Source of the DNA: a virus
Taxonomy: Duplodnaviria > Caudoviricetes
Direction: 5' to 3' (one strand)
Virus record (IMG/VR): IMGVR_UViG_3300013830_000002
Location: 64,001-128,000 of that record
DNA: 64,000 nucleotides
Shown here piece by piece: positions 1 through 13,157 of this stretch (position 1 is the stretch's first letter; each line of letters begins with the position of its first letter). The notes under the pieces are model-generated. The model did no database searches and was not told where the DNA came from. It worked only from the letters and a program-made list of their open reading frames with translations. Made by a program: the position numbers and the translations under genes.

Positions 1-1799
1 GTTTCAGTTCCTGGAATATTCCTGAGTACAGAATGAAAATATGTCATTGGTTGCCTGAACATTTCTGATATTGAAGGGACCATACTCTTAATTTGTGTAG
101 AAGGTACTTGAATGTCAGATACTGTAAGAATCTGTCCAACTCGTAAGTCTTTCTATTGAACACGAGTTGTCCTTTTATCAGGAGTTTGCTTAAGTGTAAA
201 CAAAGAGTTCTCCAAAATAGTGGATGAATTGTTGGCAGTTTCAATAGCTTTTTTAGCAGCCTCAATAGTAGGAACAAATTTCATGTGTGCTGGTGGAGAA
301 ATAATGTTTCTTCCAACAGCATAAACAGTCTTACCATTGATTAGTCTTCTATAAATATACATTCCCTGATATTCTCCATTATTAACTCCTTCTTCATTTA
401 CTGGAGAAAACAGATACTCTGTATTATAGCCAAAATCGTAAATCTCTCCTATTGATTCATAAGGGAAACTAAGTGTAATATAAGAAGTAGATTCTCTCGG
501 AGCTACTTTAACTGTTTTAGTCACTATGTAATCATAGTTATAAACAATTTTTCCAGTGCTTCCAAGATGTGCAGTAATTACTCTGGGAAGAATTTGCTTC
601 TCGTCATCTTCAATAGGGATTTCAATTTTATTACTGGTAATAAAGTCAATTTTTTCCTAAGCAGATAACTTATCAAAATCAGAGTACTTTCCCCATAAGT
701 TTTCATTCCACTTTTTCGCAAGCAGCTTTGCACTTACCTATGGACTTCTGTGCTCTGTAATTGTTTTTACTTTATCCTCAGCAGTATCATTAGGCTGACT
801 AAAGGTAATATCTGAAAGGGCTGCTCTTCCTAATTTAGGAAGTCCCAAGAACAAACCTGGATTTTCACCATTTTCATCACTGAATAATAGTTTAGACAAA
901 GTATCGTTATCAGCCTGCTTAAATGCCTCCCATGAAACTTTATCTGCAAAATCAGGAATGTACTTTGCAAGTACATCATAAAAAGCCTTCTTAGGTATTT
1001 TCCAATCAAACTAATTATCTGACTTAACCGTTATCTGCTATAATGCCAACTCTAAATCAGTAAGATTATTATCAGAATTCCAGATACCATTTACTTTAGC
1101 TAGAATATTACCTAAAAGCTTTCTTGAGTTATGCACTTTACCATCACTTCCAACATAATCTGTAATAGAATCTCTGTCGTTAAGATACTGTATCAAAAGT
1201 TTTTCAGGAGTATTTAAATTTTTAGAGGTCTTTTTGTAGTCTACCAATTCCTGAAAAGTTTTCCATAATTCTGGACCAACAATCTGTTCAAGACTTCCAT
1301 CTTTCAGAGCTTGAGCTATTCTCTCCTTAGACTTAAGATACCTTAAAAACTTCTATGCATCATATTTGGATTTAATTACAAAAAGCTCTTTTCCATCAGC
1401 AGTAATAACCCGTCCGTTATATTCAACATTATTCAGTTTGAATTGATTACATCTGACAATATTATACGAGTTGTATAAAGACACATCATTAAACTAAAAT
1501 TCATTTCCTAAACCATATTCATCTAACAGTCCTTGAACCGTTGTATTACCGACTACTTCTCCTGAATTAATCATTTTAATAGTCAATGGTATTGCCTTGG
1601 CTCCTGATAGACTATCAGAAATTTCCTTTAGCTTAACTTTGGATTGGTGGCCCAAAATTTGAGCCACCTATTCCATAGTTAATTTAGTATTTTCGTCAAT
1701 ATCTACACCTTCAATATTATCGAGCTATATGGTTTTAGATTCCCGTTTTTTAGTTTCTTGGTTATATACTGGTATTTGTAAGTTTACTATACATGCCAT
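1..1799 (-). CDS. Third giant virion/cargo protein, N-terminal part (partial, runs off the left edge; TAG=Gln)
   Basis: ATG at 1797-1799 (MACIVNLQIPVY), 1 nt after the RNAP TGA. ORF fragments 1038..1247 and 153..524 are in the same frame and end in TAG. The frame stays open toward position 1. Confidence 0.75.
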
Positions 1800-1800
1800 A

Positions 1801-4800
1801 TCAGCATTTCTTTAATATTAAAATTCTTCCAGACATTGACTGGTCAATCAATGTATCCTTTATCTGTTTAATCTGAGCTTCACTTGGTTCTCCTTCAAAA
1901 ATAAAGGACTTAATCATTGCAATGGTCTTGGCCATTGAAGGCATTTCAAACGGACTATTTTTCATATAATTCATTCGTCTTATTTCCTTCTGCTCTGGAG
2001 TTTCCTCTGTAGATTTAGTAGGAGGAAGTATTGCATAAGGAGAATATGAATTATCAGAATTTCTCTGATATACTATATAGGTCCAAACAGGGTCTTTTAC
2101 TTTAACAAAAGGCTCAGTATGAAATTTCATAGCATATTGTGAAATAAGTGGAGCTGCATTTATCTGGTAGTCAATTAGCTTGTAATCAGGTACAAAGTCA
2201 TAATCATAATCTTTTGTACCAACAAAATTGAAGTACTTGTTCAAAATGCTGGTTTGCCGTGAACAAGCTTTGAAAGCAGTAGTAAGTCTTTCACTTCCAT
2301 ACTGGTTTCTGTTGACAATAATATTATATAATTGCAGGACATCAGCTATAGTCATTGGGTGTTTATTGTCAGGGTAATCAATAAAGTTTTCTCCATTTCC
2401 AAATTCAGTACTCTCAAACCTTGCCATTCCAGTTAAGATTTCTCCATAGTCAACTTCTGATTGAGAAGTAATATTAGGATTCATCAAGTCAATATCTGTA
2501 GTGAGAAGTGGTTGATTTCCTATTTCTGTAAGAGTTAAATGTTTAACCAGTGGATTATTTTTATAATTGTCTCTTAGATACTGTAAGAAAGTAGTCTCAA
2601 CAAAATGTTTGAATCCTGCTATACCTTCCATAGTAGACAAATCATAGCTGTCAACCCCACCTGTAATCTCTGCAAATGAAGAGTCATATCCTACAGAATT
2701 CATGCCTTCAGGTAAAATAAACTAAGGAAGAGACTTACAGAATTCGTAGGAATTAAGTGCATCAACATACCTTATTACTCCCTGAAGTTGTTTATCACTC
2801 AGATAATTTTCATTCTGTGTAAGTTTGATAATCAAACGGCTCTTCATTGCTAAATTATTGGCTGTCACCAATAATTTCAGACAGTTCATAATCTGAGCAT
2901 AATGAGGAATCTGATAAACCATGTCGATAGCATTGACAGTACCCTTAAGTACATCAAGATAATCCTTTGCAATCTTCCTATAATTACTGTCATTCATCAT
3001 TTTAACAGGGTCAAAATTATTGATTATATCTGCTTCATTTGCAGCATCAAAAGCCCTTACTATCTTGTCTTCAGTTAAAGTAGGATTGTTTTCCTGCAGT
3101 CTTTCTACAAGATTCTGCCAAGCAGCAACAATTTTTGCCTGTTTCTTCTCATCATTAGAAGTTTTTGGATATAACTCTGATTTTTTGACCTCAAACAGAT
3201 TTTCCCTGTCAGATATTACCCTCTTTATGCTTCTTATTCGTTTGAGAATGTCCAATTCAGAAGTAGGCAATCCTTGATTTAGACCTAATACTGCTGAAGC
3301 AACAGTGGTCATTTCCTGAGAATAGTTATATATTTTCTGAAATTCATCAGCATCTGCAATCATGTCCTGTTCAGGCATTCCAAGTGCCTTATAGCTTTTG
3401 ACAACATCCTGAAGCTGCAAAGTCAAATCCCAGCAGTTTCTGATGTAATTGACTACCTCAGGGTCGTCATTCAAGGTACTGTCAAAATTCATAAGTTCTG
3501 AGTATAGATTAAATGTCTGATTATATACTTGAATATCTGGCCTTTTAGCTATAGCTTGAATAACACCACTCATAAGAGTATTCAAGTCAATATTGTTGAG
3601 TGCATCAGGGTCAGTCTCACTTCCGTTAAGAAGAGCAATCCTGACCTCCCTTTCAAGTTGGTCATTAGCTTTAATAAAATCAACAAGAGTGTTCCTTACA
3701 ACTTTAGATTTCTAAACTGGAGGATAATAATCCCCTGTTACAGGGTCTTCATATCCAGGATAACTTCCATGAATAAAGTTATTTGCATTAAGAATACCTT
3801 TAGACAATTTAATTGCCGTAGCAGCACTTACATAACCATTTTCCGTTTGGAACATATTTACATTAGACCTGCTGTCAATAAACTCTCCAATAGGAGAAGT
3901 CATAAAGGCAGCAATATCATCAATACTGTATCCTTGAACAATCAAGAATGCATACATTTTAGCATAATTGGTTCCTGCATTAAGTTTGGCAAGAATCAAT
4001 TCCTTAGCGTTCATTTATATTAGTAAATGTATATTTACCATACTTATATTTTCATATAAGATTAGACTATATCATAACTTCTGTTGAAGTTCCTTGTACT
4101 TCGGAAATTTTTCCTACTCTACTCGATTTTATTTCAGTCTTTCGATAGTCGTTGCTCCTTCTTCTTATTTATATTAAGAAGCTTGGGTCAGGGTTGTCCA
4201 ATTTTTAAACTTATTACTATATCTAAACAATTAATTTAGCCCTATAAATATTACTATTTATAGTTAGTATTTAAAACTTTAGGAATTTCCCTGAGTTCAC
4301 AAGGTTTTTTACTACGGACTCCGCTTATTTATATTTTAATTTATCTATGGTAATAATAGTGATTTAATCATCATAACCAAATTCTTTCAGCGCAATATTT
4401 TTCTTAAAAATTGTTAAAAACACTTTAATCCGTAGCGGCTGAAAGCATTTGAGAAATTGCCTGGTCAACATATTTGTAACCAGCCTCTTCAAGTGCTACT
4501 CCAAGTTTCTGAGTTAAAGCACTGTTAATTTGCTCATCAGTTAAATCAAGGTCAGGAAGTACTCGTGTAACACTTTCAATAGGAGCATTTTTTGCTCTGC
4601 CCTTTATTCTGTTCAGAGTTACCTGATACTTGAGGTATTCTATAGCTTTTGGATTTCCAGATTTTAGAATCTTAGTCCAGTAATAATAATCGTTAAACCA
4701 GAATTTTTCTGCATTTGCAAAAATACCAATATCCTTTTTACCTACCAAATTCTGGTATTGCATTACATATTTGGTAAAAGGATTAAGCATATTAAGATGA

Positions 4801-7800
4801 GCGGTCTGCTCCCCTTTTGGTGAATTATCAGCTGCTCTACGTGGGTCACTCATACCGATAGCTGTGTAAGCTTGGTCACGATTTCTGATGTCACTTGATA
4901 CAGCATAGATGTTTGCAGAAGCTACATTCTTGTAAGCTTGTTCTGCTACACTTTCAGGTATTTCATAACTTTCCTGCAGAGCAATGGTTCTCCTAATTTG
5001 GTCTATGACAGACTTGCTTATATTTGAGTCTGAGATAACATAATAACCACCATTTTTCTCTATTTTCAATAAAATATTTTTAAGATGCTTTAGATAATTT
5101 ATTCTTTGTTTTTCAGAGTACATCTCTGAAGGTCTGATATATTGAGTTGGAACTTCCTTTCCATTGCCGTCTACTTCAGAAGATTCAGCATTTTCAAGGA
5201 GTCCTATAACATCCTATGAAATATCCAAGTCTTCTTTGGTGAAATTATCATAAAGGATTTTACCATTTTTACTCATTAAATATGGAGTTCCTGTTTCATC
5301 TAATTGCAGCAAAGTGGTTTTAATACCCTTTGGAATCGGAAGTTTCTTACTTTCCTCAAGAGTTTTCACTGTCGTAAAATCAAAGAAGGGACTCCATTTG
5401 ACATATACAGAATTAGCACTATAATTCTGACCCATTATATAGGCTTTATCAATATCATAGTCAGAACCCTAAAGGTATGTTTGGAAGTGACTTACATAAG
5501 CCATATTTTTACTATTTTCTGTCCATCCTACCAGTTTCATAGTCATAAATGACTGAAGAGTCTGTGCAGGAATACGGGCAGCAATGAACTTCAAAGAGTC
5601 TTGGAATGAAACCCATTTTTTATGAGCTTCTTTTTCTAAATAATCTCTTTTTACATTTACTAAATGCTGTTTCTTTTTAGCATCATCACTGGAGAGCAAG
5701 TCTAACTAGTCTTCAATAGCACTATGAAGATTGGGGTCAAGAGTTCCTTGACCGAGCACTTCAATTAGTGAATTTCTGATAGCATTGACCTTGCCTTTCT
5801 GAAGTCGCTTCTCTCTGTTTATTTCAACATATTTATAATCTCCAGCATTGAAGATAGAAGCAATAATATGTTTTTGCTATCTTAAAGCATCAGTATTTTT
5901 AGTATCATCAGTTACAGTTTTCAGGTCTTTTTCAGTGTATCTAAGAGCTTCCTTAATTTCATCTAATGTAGCAACCTTGTACATTATATTATTTTTAAAG
6001 AAGTCTACTCCTTTAACTGTGCTTTTTGTCTTTATGTTATATCTGGTAACAAAATTTATCTTTCGCTGTACAATTCCGTCTTTTACTCTGTACATAGATT
6101 GGTCAAGTTCCTGATTATCCTTAATAAACTTGCCATCTCTATATTCTACAGAACCATCATTTACCCATCTTCCTATTTTAAATGACTTCTTTCCTCTTTC
6201 TACAGCATATATGTCTGCAAAACCTTCAGCATTATGCTCCTCAGTAGTAATATTGGTAAAGGGAACTTCTGTAACGGTTTGACTATCCTCAGTTACATTT
6301 CCAATAGTAATTAATGTATGTTTTCCATTTTCTCTTAAGAAAGCATAATCGTAAATATTATTTTTAGGGGCTTGTAAATTTTCTGTTTGCCTACGGAAGA
6401 AATCCTCTCCATCACTAAGAATTTGGTCTAATGACTTACCATCAGGAACTCCAAAGGTATTCTTATATGGGTTACTCATTATCAATTCAGCATCCGTATT
6501 CTCTAAAGTGTCTGCTTTCATTCCAGTCAACCACTCAGCATTTTTGTTTAGTTTACTTATAGCATTAAAATTTCCCTCTGATGCATTGTAAACATCATTT
6601 AGAGTGGCTTGAACTTCAGCCCTGTAATTAGGACCTCTGTTCTCCCAGGAATTCTTAATAGCTGGAGTATCAAAAATATTCATCCAGTGGTCAGTACCAT
6701 CAGCTCCAGTGTATTGCCATCTGATAATTGAAGGTCTCAGGTTATTAGGAGCAGTAGTACACTTTTTCAAGACCATATCATGCATTATTATTGTGCCATC
6801 AGGAGCAATTCCTTTCTTGAAATTATAATAGGTTTTTAAATCCTTAATATCAATGATTAAGTCATTGTTATTTTTATCCTTAACAGCTGTACCATCAGCA
6901 TTGAATACTGCTACAATATCAGATGGCATAAAATATTCAAGACTTCTTGCAGGCTCTTTTGCCTATAACTGTTTCAGATAGATTTGAAGCATTTTCATGT
7001 TGGCCTCATGCGCATCATCTACGTTATGAATAGCATCATAATATTTAGGAAGCCTTATTTCTGCAGGAGTGCTTCCATTCTCTGATTTCTTTGATTTATT
7101 CTCCTTGTTTCTTAAGTTAGCAACCTGTTCTGCTTTCTTTTCAAGTTGGGCAATTCTTGCAGTACCAATACCGAAACCTTCTTCATCAGTAGCTTCTTTA
7201 ATAATATTAGTGTTAGCATTACCACTTTCATCAACAGGATGAGTCCCATATTGAATCAGAAAATCCTGAAGTTGTCTTCTGTAGTCCTCTTGAGCAAGTC
7301 TGATTACATCAGAAGCCATAAGTTTTCTGGGCCCATTATCAGTACTTATTTCAAAATACTGTTGCATATTATATGCAGGAGCCATGACAGCACCAGTGCC
7401 TGGATGTTTACGTTTAATAGAATTCTTATTTATAGTTGAAGCAAGGGTAGCAATGAAGTCTGAGTAAATATTAGCATCACTAAATGGAAGCTTGACTTCG
7501 TCTTTTTCATGGTTACTATATTTATTGAATACATGTAAGACTGCCTGTTGGATTATATTGGTCAGATTTTCATTGTCCTTGATAGAACTATTCATAAAGA
7601 TAATTCTGCCAATTGCATCATAAAGGTCTGATTTAGCCTGACTGATTTTGATTTTATTCTTGGCATCAGCTTCCATTGCCTCTGTATCAGTCATTGGTCT
7701 TGTATTTCCCTGTGCATCAGTAATTGTATAATCAGTTTCTGCAGCCAAAGCATCTAAGAATTTATTTACTGCAACCAATGGCTGCTGTGATGCCTGAAAT

Positions 7801-10800
7801 GCAGTTGAGGCAAGGCCTTTAAAGATTTCATTACAGTTATTATAGGTAAATCCATAGGCTGAAGTAGCTGCAATAACCTGACTGAACTCAGTAAGTTCAG
7901 AGTCTACAATATCATGGTCTGCATTCATCTGCATTCCAAGACCATCAGAGTCAACCTCAAACCATGTCAAGTCTTCATCATCTTTCCATCTTTCTTTCTA
8001 ATTTACATTTTTAGCACCATTTTTAACAGCTGAATTGTTCAGGATATATCCTATCTGATACTGTTTCAGAGGTTGCGTATAAGTAGTCTGGTCAATATAT
8101 GGAGTACCTTTAATTCCTGGTTTCTTGCTTCCTATATTGCACATATAATTGCAAACTACCTCATTGTTATATTCACCGAATATACCTTCCTTGTTGCAGC
8201 TGTTTATTCCTCCAAGGGCTGAATGCAGTTCGAACAATGAATTAATGGTGTGAGCCCCCTGATGCTCAGAGACAAATTTAGCTGCTTTTTGATAAGTGTC
8301 GAAAGTATAGTGTTTCGATTTGGTAATGTTTCCGTTTTCATCCACTGAATCATAGAAAATATGGTACTTATTGACAGTGTTACCATAAGAATCCTTTTCA
8401 ACAGTATAGTAATACTTAGCTCCATCTTGTGTAACAGTCCTGTCAAGAAGCTTGATTTCCATTATGTTACCATACTTATCTTTATAGCATAATGGCTGAT
8501 TGCATGTAATATTCTTTGCAAACCACTTTTGAAGAGCCTCTCCTTCAGCTCCTGAAATAGAAGCTTCCATTGTAATAGGTCTGGTCAAATCAATATTGTC
8601 AGCAGGATTCCACTATAAGTTTGTTGCTTTCCTGAACATATTATATAGTCTGACACTTGCGGCAGAAGAGCTTCTCATAGCTTCATTAGTCATTGTATCA
8701 GTAGCAAATTTAGCCAGAAAAGCTGTTCCAGACTCTCTGTCATAGCTGTGCCAAATAGGTTTCTTAATAAATCCTACTGCCTGAGAGCCAAGTGCCCTGT
8801 TTTCCAAAATACATTGGAAAGGAGTAATTTGAGCAGAGCCATCACAAGCATCAATATCACCTTCGTGGTCTCCTCTATAATTATAGACAGGAGCCTGGTC
8901 ATCCTTTACTACTGCACACTTGATTCTTGGTGGAATACCATCACGGGAATTCTGTACACAGTATTGAAGTGTTGCAGGAATGATGACATTACGCTTAAAT
9001 TGTGTACTTTGTCTGTTATTTAAAATCTGAATGTTTGACGTTTCCCATAAATCCTGCAAGAAAGAATGTGCAGAATCTGTTTTCCCTTGCTCAGAATATA
9101 GATAATTTCCCAAATCATTCAGGTCATTGAACCTGAAAGCCTAATGAGCTTGATTAAATATATTGCTGTCAGTTATGAATTTTATGTCAGAATAATTTTT
9201 GTCTCTCTAATTTTTATCAAGCTATGATTGAGAATCTAACCACTATTTTACCTAATCATAGGATGTGAATTTATGTGCAGCAACTCCATTGTATGCTTTA
9301 TGCAGTTTATCAAACCATGTTTTGGTTTTTATAGGATGATTAGTTTCAAATCCAGTAAGTGTATAGCGAAGCTGATTGCTTAGGAATCCTTCAACATAGA
9401 AGAACTTGTCTAATAATGGATTTAGTTCTACTTTTTCATTAGGATTAAATCCATCACTCAAAGACATTATATTTCTGCCATTTTGTTTAGCAATAATCAA
9501 CTTACCAGTAGACTCATCAACCCAATTTTTAAAGAACTCAGTCCTAGCTTTGATTTTATTTTCCTATTTATCACAGTATCCTAAAATAGTCTTAATAATA
9601 GGATTCTTTGATTTTACGTTACTGTCAATAGTATCAGCTTCATATTGGCTAACAGTATCACCATCAGTTAAAACCTGATAAGAGCAATAGTTCTAAAGTA
9701 GTTGCTGAACAAAGATAGCCTTCTGTTTTTCCAAAAGTCTGTCAAGCATTCCTCCTTCAGTTGTGGAGTTATAAAGTTTCTGGTTAAACAGCAATGAACT
9801 GTCCAATTGGCAGAACCCTGATTTTAGTCTGACATAATCATGGTTCAGGGTTACAGAAAGGTTCATTTTCTGTGCTTGTGTCACAAGCTGGCTTTCTGTA
9901 ATATGATGAAGCATAGTATTTAAGTCAGTCTGTGGAGTAGATGTATAGAAAAATCTATTCTCTCCTTGATTCAGGAAATTGTCCAAAGCTACTTGCTTGT
10001 CTTCCTGCTTTTCAGTACTATTTAAAATCTCCAAAGCCTTTGCCTTGACTCCTGTAGCATACGCCTGCACAATTTGATTTAATTTACCTGTGCTGGCATC
10101 AAGAATTCTTTTAGTAGTAATTCCCAAAGTTTCGAAGTACTCATTGAGGAGCTCGCCTTTAGACATTGTCATAAGGTTCTTTCCTTTATAAACAGGGTTT
10201 AGTTCCCAGTTCAGGAAAGTGGTTTTATCCGAATATGTAGTAGGCTGTACAATTACATGTCCAGTAGCCAAATAAGAATCCCAGAATTTATTAAAGATAG
10301 CATGGAAAAATAGCTCTCCGTTTGTGAAATCAGAAATAGCCTTTGTTTCCCCCTCAGTATTAGTAACTTCCAAATCATGAAATGTTTTTACTATCATGTC
10401 TGGATTCTGAGCAAAAAGTAAGAATCGTACCTTTGAGTCTTCAGCAGCTTCTTTCTGTAGATAATAAACAAGGTTTGTACCTAGCTTAGCCACTGTATTA
10501 TTAGGAATTGAATTACCCGCAGAATCTTTAGTGGTAGCTTTTGATGCTTGCCCTGATAAAACAGACTCTGCATCTACCCATTGATTGATTGTCTGGTCAA
10601 AAGTAGTTGCTACTACTGGTCTCAAATCATTGAATACTTCAGTAAATGACCTGTTGGATTTTTTGCTTCTAAGATAAGCCATGTAAGCTGCATTACTTGT
10701 ATCTGACAAATATTTAGCCAAAGGCTTTCCTACTTTATTAGCATCGAGCCTCAATTTTTCAGCATAAGCAGATTTCATCGCCATCCTAAGCAACGGCTGA

Positions 10801-13157
10801 ATGAAATAATGAAATCCTTCTATAGGACTGTAAAGTTGTTGCAGTGTTCCTAAGACCTGAAGATTTTTACTTGGATTGGAAAGCAGGCCAAGTCCTGTGG
10901 TGTCATCAATAAATTGGAGTACCCCATTCAGCAGCCTTGCACCTTCACTTTCAAGTGGAAGGGAGTGCATTTTAGAGTATCTGAAATTAGTTGCAATTCC
11001 TATATTGGGATTTGATATTTTCTGAAAGAATTCAGATGTAACATCTTTTGTTACTTCTTCCCCTTCAGGAGTTATTTCATTTTTTGTTACCTTAAAGTAC
11101 ATTGTGCCTTCCTAACCAGGCCTGACCGTCCCAAATATTCCAGCCTTAATGTTATTAGATACTATTAAGCTGATAGTATAGTCACCTATTTTAACTGAAT
11201 ATTCTGTATTCTTACCTATTTTAGCAAAGGAATCACCAAGCTGTCCTTCAGTAAGTTGATATTTGTCAGCAAGACTTTGAAGCTTGTCTGTAGTCATTGA
11301 GTTTGCAAATCGGTTAACTCTTGTTTTTGTATTGAACTGGTCCTTTACATTGAAGAACTTTTTCTTGGCAGAAAGCTTCATCAGCCCTGTACTGTAATCA
11401 AACTTTGATTCAAGATAGTCAGCAACTGCATTCCTGTCTACATATCCTGCAATCTCTTCAAGAAGCACATTAGCAGCTGCATTTTCACGTCCTGCCTTAT
11501 TAGAGGCTTTTGCAAAAAAGGAATTAGTGTTTTCCCTGTCAAAAACAACATTATACACTGATTTCAGAATATTCAAATCATATCCAGTAATTTGCTGGTT
11601 TTGAATATCAATAGCATCTACAAGAGCTTTTGACATACCAGGTTGCTTTGAGAAAAGCAGTTCAAGGATTTTCTGAAGATTCCCAACAGGATTAGCATGG
11701 AAGTTTCTGGCCAAACTGTATAGCTCATTGGCATAGTCATTTTTATTCTTTCTTCCTTCTCCTGGGGTAGGAATATATTCAGAATCAACCTTAATATCCT
11801 TGAATGTGATATTATGTGTAATCAATGCATCCATAAGATTTCTGGAAGCAACAATCAATGATGTACTATTTACACGTCTATGTGTGTACTCTCCTGTTTT
11901 ATAGTTGAATACACCAATCATATCAAGCACGGTTTTTGTAAATTGTGATGTGTGTTTTTCGGCACCTACATCTTCTGATGTCTGCCACCCCTTAACCTCG
12001 TGCTTTACATCCCTGTGATATGAATATTTGGTATCAGAATCAAATTCTGCATTCTCAAGGCCTTCCTGAATGTCTATATTATCACCAAAAGTTTCCTTTA
12101 TAAGCTGGTCAAAATGAGTAAGCATTGTATAAGCCTATGAAGCACTTAGTAATGACGGAGACTCCTTTTCTATTTCACTAATAGCTTTTTTATCGTCGTC
12201 ACTGCCATATTTCTCAATATATTTTTTCAAGAAAGCATAATACTGAGAGTAATTTTCTCCTTCATATAGCTTTGTAGGTGCCTGTCTAGCCTTGAATCCA
12301 GTAAATTTTTTATCAGCTCTCTTTTTAAATTCATCCGATAAATATAATTTATTCCAAAGAGCTGTATATTTATCAGTTTTTTCCTTCTTTTCCTGTTCAA
12401 GCAAGACATTGTTTTGCTGAGTTTGCAATTGCTCAGAAAAATCGTCTATTTTCTTTACTTTATCATAGAAGAAATTAAGGGCATTATAGTAGTTAATAAG
12501 GTCAAGCTTTCCATCCTCATCATACATTTCTGACTTGAAGTCTGCTGCCTCTTCTCCGTATTGCTGCTTAAGGTATTCCACAAGAGACTTGAACATTCTT
12601 GCTTTTTCATCCATTATTCTAAGATTCAAAGTATGATTGTCAAAGTCAGTCATTTCTCCAGTAAACTGGTCATAATATGTAGCAGTTGAAAGCCTGTCAG
12701 AAAATGTTCTCTGTAATGCCTGAATTATAGTATACGAATCCAGGCCATAAAATTCTTTATAATGCTCAGTAAGGTTTGCCCTGTTTTTATCCTGAGCTTC
12801 AAATTTTGTTTTCGTTTCATTGTCCTAAGACGGAATATCCTCTTGGGTATTGTCCATCTCAAAATTCATGACATCACTGATTTTCTTTTTGATTTCAGAT
12901 ACTGACATATCTCCTGTATATGCAGCCAAGACAGAGTCAATAGTCTTGTCAAAAAGTCTTAATGAGTCAGCAATTTCAATATCATCATCTGCTTTGCCTG
13001 GAGATAATCTAATCTGATTACCAGGATGTCTAAATTGCTTAATGTAAGAAAGGAAACCATTAAGGTCTCCTTTCTTTAGACTTGCATTAAGCTTAATAAC
13101 TACGAATTTAACCTGCTTATCATCAAACAGTTTTAATCCACATATTTCAGCGCTCAT
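1801..13157 (-). CDS. Giant virion-packaged double-psi beta-barrel RNA polymerase, about 3646 aa after splicing (exons 13157-4428 and 4011-1801; TAG=Gln)
   Basis: At least 13 ORF fragments join in frame at TAG. The catalytic motif RIPAQTLQS...YL[Q]GSDYDIDK is at ~5445-5580, and SAATD|NAKEL is rebuilt across the intron. The ATG overlaps the upstream stop (TGATG), and the gene ends in TGA at 1801. Confidence 0.9.
4012..4427 (-). mobile_element. Group I self-splicing intron (416 nt, no ORF) in the RNAP gene
   Basis: The 5' exon ends ...CTACGGAT and pairs with IGS GTCCGTAG (~4312-4319), with a U.G at the splice site. Core elements CAACGACTA and GATATAGTCT (P7) are present and the intron ends in G at 4012. 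Removal restores the frame and D-NAK. Confidence 0.9.
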
